From an archaeon (lineage in GTDB: Archaea; Micrarchaeota; Micrarchaeia; Norongarragalinales; UBA97), in contig JAGVFW010000004.1 of NCBI GenBank assembly GCA_020057405.1, forward strand, positions 96,001 through 160,000: a DNA stretch of 64,000 bases, written 5' to 3'. The notes below the pieces were generated by a model. That model was not told the DNA's origin and made no database searches. It saw only the letters and a list, made by a program, of their open reading frames with translations. The position numbers and the translations under genes are program-made. Numbering within the stretch: position 1 is the first letter of the stretch; each line of letters starts with the position of its first letter. Of this stretch, positions 19,665 through 28,496 are shown one piece after another.

Positions 19665-20770
19665 TGATAGTGGCTAACGCTATTCCGGAAAACCTGCGGC
19701 CTGACCGCGTCTCCCTAGTTGCAATCGACTTTCTTAACCGCTCAAGCAGCCTTTTTTTCAACTGCCTCCTTGACGGCCACCCCCAAATCATTCACGGCTT
19801 TGCGCAAAACTATCCTGCCGGGGCAAGCTCGCGGCAAGAAGCGGCCAGGGCCGCTTTTGAAAATCTTGCGTCTAGCATGATTTGGCATTACTCCCCCCGC
19901 GACTTTCCTTTCTCGTTTAGGGAGTTCGAACCGCTTTTCAACCAGTACGCCGACGAATTCGGCTTCTCGCAAAAAAGCGCGTTTGTCGCGGCGCACTACG
20001 CCTTGGCAAAACTGCTTGGAAAAGACTTAAAGAAAATCAAGTGGATTGCGTACCACCCGCACGGCCACTCAAATATCGGCAGTGTAATGCGCGCAAAGCG
20101 GGACTTTCCGAACCAAAAACTGATTCTCACGGTTCGCGACCCGCGCGCGGCCATTTGGGGAAACCTGCGGGCGGACAAAAAAGTGCCCCTCTACGAACTT
20201 TTGCCGCAGGCTCCGGCCTACTGGTGGGCTTACAAACGCATTTTTGCAAGGAACGAAATTAGGGTCGTGAGGCACGAGGACATTCACACTAATTATCCAC
20301 GCGAGCGGGTAGCCTTGACGGAATTTTTGCAGATTCACGACGAGGCTAGCCTTGACCAAGCCACGCTATTCGGCAAGCCCTGGGATGGGAGTGCGAAAAA
20401 CGCGGTCCTCTCGAACACTGGCCGCAAGTCAAGCAGGCCCGACCCGGCTTTTGTCACAGACGACTGGAAGCAGGGGCTCTCGCGTTTTGACTTGTTCTTG
20501 ATACAGGCGGCTCTTGCGGGTTTCATGCGCGAGTTTGGTTACTTGCCGTACAGCAAGCCCGACGGGAAGTGCAAGCAAGTCGAGCTTGACTATGGCGCGC
20601 TGTGGAATGAATTCACTGCAAAAACTGTTCCTGCCTCGCTTCGTCCCGCCCTTGGCGGCGTCGCCTCAACACCTTTTATAAGCGTGGTTCCAAAAACAAT
20701 TATTCACGCCATGATAGCGGCGCGGACGGCGCGCAATTACCTGGCGCTTTACTCCGCAGTCACAAGCTGA
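19661..20770 (+). CDS. Sulfotransferase-fold protein (candidate phosphoramidate transferase)
   Basis: RSSS.....LLDGHPQI 5'-PSB-like motif, FP..K.I..VRDPRA 3'-PB motif, VRHEDI. Confidence 0.75.
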   Translation: MMIVANAIPENLRPDRVSLVAIDFLNRSSSLFFNCLLDGHPQIIHGFAQNYPAGASSRQEAARAAFENLASSMIWHYSPRDFPFSFREFEPLFNQYADEFGFSQKSAFVAAHYALAKLLGKDLKKIKWIAYHPHGHSNIGSVMRAKRDFPNQKLILTVRDPRAAIWGNLRADKKVPLYELLPQAPAYWWAYKRIFARNEIRVVRHEDIHTNYPRERVALTEFLQIHDEASLDQATLFGKPWDGSAKNAVLSNTGRKSSRPDPAFVTDDWKQGLSRFDLFLIQAALAGFMREFGYLPYSKPDGKCKQVELDYGALWNEFTAKTVPASLRPALGGVASTPFISVVPKTIIHAMIAARTARNYLALYSAVTS

Positions 20771-20805
20771 TGGCGGCGTAGGGGAAACACGGAAGTTGGG
20801 ATTTA

Positions 20806-21588
20806 ATGAGCGAAAAACTTTACTCAAGCGAGTGGGACTACACGTCTCAGGCCAAGTTCTACGACAGGCGGCCCAACTACGCCCCAAAGGCGATTGAGCG
20901 CATTTGCAAGCACGTTGGCGCAAGCACTCACGGCAACTACGCTGTTGCAGACATCGGCGCCGGCACGGGTAACCTCACGCTCTTGCTTGCCAACAAAGCG
21001 GCTAAAGTAATTGCAATCGAGCCCAACGACGCCATGCGCGAGATAGGCAGGGGCAAGACAAAGGCGATGCCCAATGTCGAGTGGCGGGTGGGCAGCGGCG
21101 AGAAAACCGGATTGCCTTCAGGCGCGGTCGATTTGGCCGCTTTTGGCTCTTCGTTTAACACAACCGACAGGGACGCGTCACTGCGCGAGTCGCACCGCAT
21201 TCTCAAGCCGGAAGGCTTCTTCACCTGCATGTGGAACAACCGCGACCTGCAGGATGGGCCGCAAAAGCGCGTCGAGGAAATCATCCGCGAGTTCGTTCCA
21301 GACTACAGCCACGGCACGCGGCGCGAGCAGCAGGCCGACGTCATCATCGCAAGCCGCCTCTTCAACAACCTCTACTACCTGGAAGAACCACAGGCGGTCA
21401 AGATGAGTGTCGAGAATTTTGTCGACGGCTGGCGCTCGGTCAAGAACAAGTACTGGGACCCGGCGACCCCAGAGGGCAAGGAACTGCTTTCAAAGATTAT
21501 CGCCAGGATAGAGTCGGAGTTTGCGGACACCCCGGAACTGCAAATCACTTACGTCACCCGCGCGTGGACTGCAAAAAGAGAGGACTGA
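20806..21588 (+). CDS. Class I SAM methyltransferase, Cj1419-like
   Basis: VADIGAGTG, EPNDAMRE, FGSSFN, CMWN.RDL, W.SVKN.YWD. Confidence 0.88.
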   Translation: MSEKLYSSEWDYTSQAKFYDRRPNYAPKAIERICKHVGASTHGNYAVADIGAGTGNLTLLLANKAAKVIAIEPNDAMREIGRGKTKAMPNVEWRVGSGEKTGLPSGAVDLAAFGSSFNTTDRDASLRESHRILKPEGFFTCMWNNRDLQDGPQKRVEEIIREFVPDYSHGTRREQQADVIIASRLFNNLYYLEEPQAVKMSVENFVDGWRSVKNKYWDPATPEGKELLSKIIARIESEFADTPELQITYVTRAWTAKRED

Positions 21589-21596
21589 ACTTAGCC

Positions 21597-22388
21597 ATGG
21601 CCGGAGAGCGAAGCGAACTACAAGCGCTCGCCGGTGCCCTGCAAACGGCAGGCGATGCGATTCTAAAAGTGCGTTCGCGGGCATTCTCACTAAAGCGCGA
21701 CAAGAGTCCCGTCACGGCAGCCGACCTAGCCTCGTCAAAAATTCTTGAGCGCGAGCTGTCGAAGACGGGCATTCCGGTATGCTCGGAAGAGCGCCGCGTG
21801 AGGGCAGCCAAGGAAATGTGGTTCGTCGACCCGCTTGACGGCACGAAGAACTACATCGAAGGCAACCCCGGCTACTGCGTGATGGCAGGCCTTCTAAGGA
21901 ATGGGAAAATAGTCATTGCCGGAATTTACGTTCCAAGCACCCGCGAGCTTTACTACGCCGAGCTAGGCAAGGGCGCGTTCCTGCTTAAAGGCGGCAAGCG
22001 GACGCGCTTGAAGGCAAGCGGCAGGACGCGTCCGTCTCTTTTACGCGTAATCAAAAGCCGCCACCACCACACTGCAACCGACGAGGCCTTCATCAAGCGC
22101 GCTGGCCTGGGCCGCCAAATCGGGATTGGTAGCGCGGGCCTCAAGCTTTGCGCAATCGCGTCAGGCAAGGCGGAGCTTTACGTCAATTTCGACGGCCTTT
22201 GGGCCTGGGACATTGCCGGACCGCAGCTTGTGCTTGAGGAAGCGGGCGGCAGCGTCACCGACGCGACAGGCCACGCCCTGCGCTACCCGCCGGCTGGAAT
22301 GCGCTTTGCCGGAGGAATCATCGCGTTAAACAAGGCAAACGCCGAAATACTATCGCTTGCTAAAAAGCATTGGAAGGAAATTAAATGA
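21597..22388 (+). CDS. cysQ: CysQ-like 3'(2'),5'-bisphosphate nucleotidase (inositol monophosphatase family)
   Basis: K.DKSPVTAAD, SEE, WFVDPLDGTKNY, GSAGLK, WDIAG...VLEEAGG. Confidence 0.88.
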   Translation: MAGERSELQALAGALQTAGDAILKVRSRAFSLKRDKSPVTAADLASSKILERELSKTGIPVCSEERRVRAAKEMWFVDPLDGTKNYIEGNPGYCVMAGLLRNGKIVIAGIYVPSTRELYYAELGKGAFLLKGGKRTRLKASGRTRPSLLRVIKSRHHHTATDEAFIKRAGLGRQIGIGSAGLKLCAIASGKAELYVNFDGLWAWDIAGPQLVLEEAGGSVTDATGHALRYPPAGMRFAGGIIALNKANAEILSLAKKHWKEIK

Positions 22389-22900
22389 AGGGACTCCTAG
22401 TCTGGATTACAGGGCTCGCTGGATCCGGCAAGACTACGCTTGCGGCTATGGTTGAAAGCGGCCTTCGGGCCAAGGGCGTGCGCACGGTGCACGTCGACGG
22501 CGACGCTGTCCGCGAGATTTTTGGAAACGAGCTCGGCTTCCACCGGGAAGACCGGCTGAAAAACGCCTGGCGCATCGCCCGGCTCTGCAGTTTCCTCACA
22601 AGCCAGGGGTTTGCAGTCGTCTGCTCGACAGTGTCCCTCTTCCACGAAATCCACGGCTACAACCGCAAAACAAATTCAGGCTACCTTGAAGTCCACCTGG
22701 CAGTCAGCGCGGCCGAGCTTACCCGAAGGAACAAGAAGGGATTGTACGGCAAGGGCGGAAAGCAGGTTGTCGGCAGGGACATTGAACCCGAGTTTCCAAA
22801 GAAGCCCGACATGATGTTGGCAAACGACAACAAAACCCAGCTTGGGCAAAACGCCGGGGCAATAATTTCGAAAGCCGCGAAAATGGCTGCGGGCAAGTGA
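22385..22900 (+). CDS. APS-kinase-like P-loop kinase (Cj1415-like CDP-amidate 3'-kinase)
   Basis: WITGLAGSGKTT, DGDAVR, RN.KGLY, VVG.DI..EFP; clustered with Cj1416-18-like genes. Confidence 0.85.
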   Translation: MKGLLVWITGLAGSGKTTLAAMVESGLRAKGVRTVHVDGDAVREIFGNELGFHREDRLKNAWRIARLCSFLTSQGFAVVCSTVSLFHEIHGYNRKTNSGYLEVHLAVSAAELTRRNKKGLYGKGGKQVVGRDIEPEFPKKPDMMLANDNKTQLGQNAGAIISKAAKMAAGK

Positions 22901-25278
22901 GTCGAATGGTGCCGTTCAAGTTCTCTACAAAAGCCGAAACGCTCAAGCGGCTCGCGCCCCTGCTGAAAGTCGGCGCGGTGCTGCCGCAACACCACTTCAC
23001 GGTTGGCGAATGGAAGAAAAACAAGCCTGCGATTGCGGCCAAAACGCTAAAAGAATTGGCGGACGCCAAAAAACTCGCAGTGCGCTCAAGCGCAGTTAAT
23101 GAAGACTCGCACTCAAGCTCGATGGCAGGCAACTTCACAAGCTGCCTCAATGTGCAGCCCAATGGGGCGAGCCTTGAAAAAGCGGTTGAAACCGTAATCG
23201 CAAGCTATGGAAACGGCGGGCACGCAAGCGACGCCAACCAGGTCCTCGTGCAGCCGCAGATTGAGAACCTGGAAGTGAGCGGCGTCGCCTTCACCTGCGA
23301 CCTTGACACGGGCGCACCTTACTACATCGTCAACTACGACGACATTTCCGGCAAGACCGACGTCGTAACGTCAGGCACTAGCAACAAGGTCAAGATGTTC
23401 GTCTACAGCAAGTTTTACGGCCAAAAACCAACGAGCCCCAACCTCGCGCTCATCATCTCCGCAGTGCGAGAGCTTGAGAAGGCAACCGGAAGCGAAGCGA
23501 TTGACATTGAGTTCGCCGTGTCAAAAGGCAAGTTTTTTGTTTTGCAGGTGCGGCCGATTACTACCGCTGGCAGGAAGCGCAACTATTCGCAGGAAGCGCT
23601 AAAGCAGGAACTCGACAACATCAAACGCTTCATTCGCGAGAACAAAAGGTCGTTCCCCAACTTGTTCGGCAGTCGAAACGCCTACGGCATCATGCCCGAC
23701 TGGAACCCGGCGGAAATAGTTGGCGTCAACCCCAAGCCCCTGGCGCTCTCGATGTACAAGGAGATTATCACGGACTACATCTGGCCCCTAAGCAGAAAAG
23801 AAGTTGGGTACAAGGACGTCGGCTACCACCCGGGCCTCTGCTCGCTCTCCGGCAAGCCCTACATCGACATTCGCCTCAGCTTAAGCACGTTCCTTGCCGC
23901 AGACATTCCGGATGCGCTTGCGCAAAAGCTCGTAGACTTCCAGCTAAACAAGCTGCAGCTCAACCCCATGCTTCACGACAAAATCGAGTTCCAGATTGCC
24001 CACACTGCCTACAGCCTCAACTTCAAGCAATCGGCGGAGGAACTGCTCAAAAACGGCTTTTCAAAAGAGGAAGTCGAAATTCTACGAAAGTGCCTCCTAA
24101 AGCTTACGAACAACATCCTTGCAGAGCGGGTCACAAGCGTCGGCAGCCAGATGGCACTCGTTTCGCACCTCGATGCCAAGCGCAGGAAAATCAGGCTCTC
24201 CGACATTCCGATTGAAGTGAAAATAGCGCAACTCGTGCACGACTGCAAGTACTACGGCACCCTGCCGTTTTCCAAGCTCGCTCGCTTTGCATTCATCGCA
24301 AGCATTTTGATGCGCTCGCTTCGCGAGCGGGGAGTGATTACGCAGGCGCAGTACGACGGGTTCTTCAGCTCAATAGAGACGGTCGCGACCGAATTCGTCC
24401 GCGACATTGGCGAGATGAAGGCAGGCAAAATGACGCGAGCTGAATTCTTGAACCGCTACGGCCACCTGCGGCCGGGCACTTACGACATCACGTCACTCAC
24501 TTACGCTGAGAACCTTGAGAACTACATTGACCTCAAGCACTACGACTCTGGCAAGACACACGAGAAGTTCGCTTTCGACGCGGCGACCATAAGGCGCATT
24601 GACGGCGAGCTAAAGGCGCAAGGCGTCGAGGCAAACGCGCACGAGCTGCTTAAGTTCGTAGAGGAAGCGACAATCGGCCGCGAGAAGTCGAAACTTGAGT
24701 TCACCAAGAACCTTAGCCTCGCGCTTGACTACTGCACGCAATACCTCCACAGGTACGGAATCGACAGGGAGGACGCGGCGTTTCTGGAAATCGGCGACTT
24801 GCTTGCCGCAAGCCACGACAGCAAGCTCTCAACCGCTAAAGGAGACCTCGAGGCGAAGATTGGGAGCCACAAGGCAAGCTATGAGATGACGAAGGCAGTG
24901 CGCCTCCCGCCACTCATTTTCGACGAGAAGAATGTCGAGTACTTCCACTACCGCGATGACATGCCGAACTTCGTTTCCGACAAGCGGGTTAGCGCAGAAG
25001 CAGCCTACGTTGCCGCAAACACCACCGACGGCGCGTTGTTGGACGGAAAGATTGCACTCATCGAAAACGCCGACCCGGGCTTTGACTGGATATTCAGCCA
25101 CAACATCAAGGGGCTCGTCACGAAATTCGGCGGGGCCAACTCGCACATGGCAATCCGGTCCGCAGAGTTCGGCCTCCCTGCCGCAATCGGCTGCGGGCAA
25201 GTGCTTTTCGCCTACCTCAAGGACGCACGCAAGATAGAAATAGACTGCAGCGTCAAGCAAATAAGGAAAATACAATGA
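22897..25278 (+). CDS. L-glutamine kinase, Cj1418-like (PEP-utiliser/PPDK family)
   Basis: TKAETL, VRSSA..ED....S.AG ATP-grasp, MPDWNPAEIVG, YGHLRPGTYDI, ADPGFDWIF, ANSHMAIR phospho-His domain; no pyruvate-binding barrel. Confidence 0.88.
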   Translation: MSRMVPFKFSTKAETLKRLAPLLKVGAVLPQHHFTVGEWKKNKPAIAAKTLKELADAKKLAVRSSAVNEDSHSSSMAGNFTSCLNVQPNGASLEKAVETVIASYGNGGHASDANQVLVQPQIENLEVSGVAFTCDLDTGAPYYIVNYDDISGKTDVVTSGTSNKVKMFVYSKFYGQKPTSPNLALIISAVRELEKATGSEAIDIEFAVSKGKFFVLQVRPITTAGRKRNYSQEALKQELDNIKRFIRENKRSFPNLFGSRNAYGIMPDWNPAEIVGVNPKPLALSMYKEIITDYIWPLSRKEVGYKDVGYHPGLCSLSGKPYIDIRLSLSTFLAADIPDALAQKLVDFQLNKLQLNPMLHDKIEFQIAHTAYSLNFKQSAEELLKNGFSKEEVEILRKCLLKLTNNILAERVTSVGSQMALVSHLDAKRRKIRLSDIPIEVKIAQLVHDCKYYGTLPFSKLARFAFIASILMRSLRERGVITQAQYDGFFSSIETVATEFVRDIGEMKAGKMTRAEFLNRYGHLRPGTYDITSLTYAENLENYIDLKHYDSGKTHEKFAFDAATIRRIDGELKAQGVEANAHELLKFVEEATIGREKSKLEFTKNLSLALDYCTQYLHRYGIDREDAAFLEIGDLLAASHDSKLSTAKGDLEAKIGSHKASYEMTKAVRLPPLIFDEKNVEYFHYRDDMPNFVSDKRVSAEAAYVAANTTDGALLDGKIALIENADPGFDWIFSHNIKGLVTKFGGANSHMAIRSAEFGLPAAIGCGQVLFAYLKDARKIEIDCSVKQIRKIQ

Positions 25279-25919
25279 AAATGAAAATCGGCCTCTCGAT
25301 GCGGATGGTGCGCTGCCAAAAGCCCGGCCACACTACGGGGAAGGGCGAAGTGCGCCACGCCATTTCGCAGGATTGGATGACGCTTTTGCAAAAGCTGGGC
25401 TTTACTCCCGTTTTGTTGCCGTCTGACCTCAAGGACATTCCCCAAATTGACGGCGTGATTCTCACAAACGGCAACAACGTCGACCCGCGCGCCTACGGCG
25501 GGAAGCCCCTTGACGACGTTTTTGCCGAGCGCGATGCTTTTGAGGCAAGGCTCGCCAAGATGGCACTCGGCAAGAAAATCCCGATTCTTGGCGCGTGCCG
25601 GGGCAGCCAGATGCTAAACGTGTTTTTCGGCGGAAAGCTAAAGCAACACGTGGCGGGCCACAGCGGCACGACGCACGCCATTGCACTGCGGAACGGCAAG
25701 CGCGTGACAGTCAACTCTTACCACGACCACGGCATTGCCGCCGACGGGCTTGGCAATTACCTAGAACCGCTTGCGTTTAGCGACGACGGCTTCATTGAGG
25801 CGTTCGGCCACAAAAGCGTACCCGCCATGGGCATCATGTGGCACCCCGAGCGCGGGCCGACTGCGTTTAACGACAGTCTAGTCAAGAGATTTTTCACTCG
25901 CCGAGGAGAACTCATTTGA
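25275..25919 (+). CDS. Class I glutamine amidotransferase (peptidase C26), Cj1417-like gamma-glutamyl-CDP-amidate hydrolase
   Basis: PILGACRG.Q, VNSYH, MWHPER. Confidence 0.88.
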   Translation: MKMKIGLSMRMVRCQKPGHTTGKGEVRHAISQDWMTLLQKLGFTPVLLPSDLKDIPQIDGVILTNGNNVDPRAYGGKPLDDVFAERDAFEARLAKMALGKKIPILGACRGSQMLNVFFGGKLKQHVAGHSGTTHAIALRNGKRVTVNSYHDHGIAADGLGNYLEPLAFSDDGFIEAFGHKSVPAMGIMWHPERGPTAFNDSLVKRFFTRRGELI

Positions 25920-26713
25920 AGGCAATCATCCTTGCCGCAGGCAGGGGCACGCGCTTGGGCGATTACGCAAAAGGAATGCCGAAAGCCATGCTCGATTTTG
26001 CAGGCAAGCCCCTGCTTGCAACGCAGCTGAAGGTGCTCCGCGCTGCAGGCGTCAATGACATTACGGTCGTCACGGGTTTTGCCTCCAAAAAAATTGCCTT
26101 TGATGGCGTAAATTACGTCCATAACCCTGATTTTGCGACAACTAACATGGTGGAATCACTCATCGTTGCGCGCGATGAGCTAAAGGCCGGGGCACTCGTG
26201 TGCTATGGCGACATAATCTACGAGCCTAGGGTGCTAAAGGCAGTGATGAAGGCAAAGGCCGACGCCGTAGTTGCAGTTGACTACGACTATCTCGACTATT
26301 GGAAGGCAAGGCTTGGGGACGAATGGGAAAATGACACTGAATCCCTGCGGGTCGTAAACGGCAAAATTACCGAACTAGGCGGGTCAAACCCGTCGGCCAA
26401 GGAGCGGCAATGCCGTTACGTCGGGCTCCTCAAGTTCTCTGCAAACGGGGCAAAGTTGTTGCTTGAGACGTACTACGCTGAAAAGCGGCGCCATTGGGAA
26501 TCCGAGAAGCCTTGGCTTAACTCTCCGTCATTCAAGCAGGCATTCATGACCGACCTGCTAAACGCGTTTATCGCGCGGGGCAATGAAGTCAGGCCAGTGG
26601 AGATAGAGCGCGGGTGGATGGAGTTTGACACTGCTGATGACTATGAAAAGGCAAGCGCGTGGCTGGCTGATGGCAGCATCAAGCGCTTTTTCGACCCACG
26701 GACGCTGGCGTGA
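25916..26713 (+). CDS. LicC-family cytidylyltransferase, Cj1416-like
   Basis: AIILAAGRGTRL...PK, NP....TNMVESL, YGDIIY, WMEFDT..DY. Confidence 0.88.
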   Translation: MKAIILAAGRGTRLGDYAKGMPKAMLDFAGKPLLATQLKVLRAAGVNDITVVTGFASKKIAFDGVNYVHNPDFATTNMVESLIVARDELKAGALVCYGDIIYEPRVLKAVMKAKADAVVAVDYDYLDYWKARLGDEWENDTESLRVVNGKITELGGSNPSAKERQCRYVGLLKFSANGAKLLLETYYAEKRRHWESEKPWLNSPSFKQAFMTDLLNAFIARGNEVRPVEIERGWMEFDTADDYEKASAWLADGSIKRFFDPRTLA

Positions 26714-26758
26714 TAGGCTGGACGGGGTTTAAAAGGATTTTCTGGCCCAACTAAGTTT

Positions 26759-28489
26759 ATGAACATACTCGGCGTCTACCCCGTTTGGGGCCACGACACC
26801 TGCGCGGCAATAATCAAGGACGGCAGGCTAGTCGCGGCTGCGGAGGAAGAGCGCTTCACCCGCCACAAGCACGCCCTGCCGCGGCCCCATAGCATGACGA
26901 ACATGATTGACCAGTCCGTCGAGCCCTCGTTTCACTCAATAAAATTCTGCCTCGACTACGCGGGCCTCACCATGGACGACATTGACGCAATTGCAGTGCC
27001 TTGGAACCCCGACCTCATCGTCAAGCAAAACTTTACCAGCGGCTCAAGGCTCATTCCAGAACTCGCCGCAAAGGCGCTCATGCTGCCCGCGGGACGGCTT
27101 TGGCGCTACAAGAAACTCTTCCGCAAGGGCGCGTCACTAAAGCAGGCGCTCTACTACGACTTTTTCATGGAACCATCGCTCTCGGGATATTCGAGCCTTC
27201 CTGAAATAAGGTATTACGAGCACCACCGCGCCCACGCCGCGACCGCTTTCTACGCGTCAGGATTCGAGAACGCGGCGGTCGTGACTGCAGATGGAGCGGG
27301 AGAGTCAAACGCAACAGTCGCCTGGCACGGGAAGGGAAACACGCTAACTAAACTCCGCGAGAAAATGAAGGACCAGTCAATAGGCAATTTCTACACGCTC
27401 GCCACCGAATACCTCAACATGGGCTACGGTGCCGAAGGAAAGACAATGGGCCTCTCGCCCTACGGCAAGCCCAACGCCAAAATCAGGGAAAAACTCCTCC
27501 GCAGGCTTAACCCGGAAACGGGCGACTGGTACGAAGGCAAGCTTGAGACCCTAAACGAGGCTGAAATGGGCTTTCCAGCGCGCACCAACCAGGCGGTTAC
27601 TTCGCCGCCCTATAGCGACCTTGCCTACGAGGCAGAGGAGATTCTTGAGGCGGCGATGGTGAAAGTGGCCAAGTGGACGGTGGAGGCTACGGGAGAAAGC
27701 AAGGTCTGCGTGGCAGGCGGCGTCGGGTTAAGCTGCACGACAAACTCGCGCATCATCAACGCGGGCTTTGCAGACGACATATTCATCTTCCCGGCAGCAA
27801 ACGACGGCGGCACCGCAATTGGGGCGGCCCTTGAATGCGCCGCCGAAATGGGGGAGAAAGTCAAGTTCAAATTCGAGCACGCTTACTGGGGCCCCGAGTA
27901 CTCTGACGCGCAAATTGAAGTTGCGCTAAAGCAGAGCAACGCGAGGTTTGAAGAAACAACTGACCCCGGCGGGGCAGCTGCAGACCTGATTGCAAAAGGA
28001 AAAGTAATCGGCTGGTTCCAAGGCAGGATGGAAATCGGCCCCCGCGCGCTTGGGAACCGAAGCATCCTGGCAGACCCGACGCGCACAGACGCGTGGGAAA
28101 AAGTGAATGAAATCAAGCTGCGGGAAAGGTGGAGGCCGCTCGCTCCAAGCATGCTTTACGAGGCCAAAGACGAGTACCTGGAAAACGCGCGCGACTCACC
28201 CTTCATGATACTCGCATTCCAAGTACCGAAAGAAAAACACAAGGAAATCCCGGCGGTCGTACACGTCGACGGCAGCACCCGACCGCAAACCGTCAAGAAG
28301 ACGACCAACGAAAAATACTGGAACCTAATCAAAAAACTCGAGCAAAACAACGGCACGCCAGTCACACTGAACACCAGCTTCAATGTCGGGCCGGAACCAA
28401 TCGTCTGCACGCCAAAAGACGCGCTGCGAACGTTCTTCACATCCCAGCTTGACGCAATCGTAATCGGGAACTACGTGCTAGAAAAGTGA
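26759..28489 (+). CDS. NodU/CmcH-family O-carbamoyltransferase, paralogue 1
   Basis: HD, EEERF.R.KH, EHH.AHA, DG.GE, EGKTMGL, GPRALGNRSILA, RP.APS, HVDGS.RPQ, NTSFN. Confidence 0.95.
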   Translation: MNILGVYPVWGHDTCAAIIKDGRLVAAAEEERFTRHKHALPRPHSMTNMIDQSVEPSFHSIKFCLDYAGLTMDDIDAIAVPWNPDLIVKQNFTSGSRLIPELAAKALMLPAGRLWRYKKLFRKGASLKQALYYDFFMEPSLSGYSSLPEIRYYEHHRAHAATAFYASGFENAAVVTADGAGESNATVAWHGKGNTLTKLREKMKDQSIGNFYTLATEYLNMGYGAEGKTMGLSPYGKPNAKIREKLLRRLNPETGDWYEGKLETLNEAEMGFPARTNQAVTSPPYSDLAYEAEEILEAAMVKVAKWTVEATGESKVCVAGGVGLSCTTNSRIINAGFADDIFIFPAANDGGTAIGAALECAAEMGEKVKFKFEHAYWGPEYSDAQIEVALKQSNARFEETTDPGGAAADLIAKGKVIGWFQGRMEIGPRALGNRSILADPTRTDAWEKVNEIKLRERWRPLAPSMLYEAKDEYLENARDSPFMILAFQVPKEKHKEIPAVVHVDGSTRPQTVKKTTNEKYWNLIKKLEQNNGTPVTLNTSFNVGPEPIVCTPKDALRTFFTSQLDAIVIGNYVLEK

Positions 28490-28496
28490 TTTGAAA

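Noticed and set aside
21231-21596. N-terminal extension of the CysQ ORF
   Set aside because: Overlaps the methyltransferase in another frame; ATG 21597 follows its stop
21597-25278. Sulfate assimilation (cysQ/cysC) and PEP synthase annotations
   Set aside because: No ATP sulfurylase nearby, the PPDK-like protein lacks the pyruvate-binding domain, and the context matches the phosphoramidate pathway
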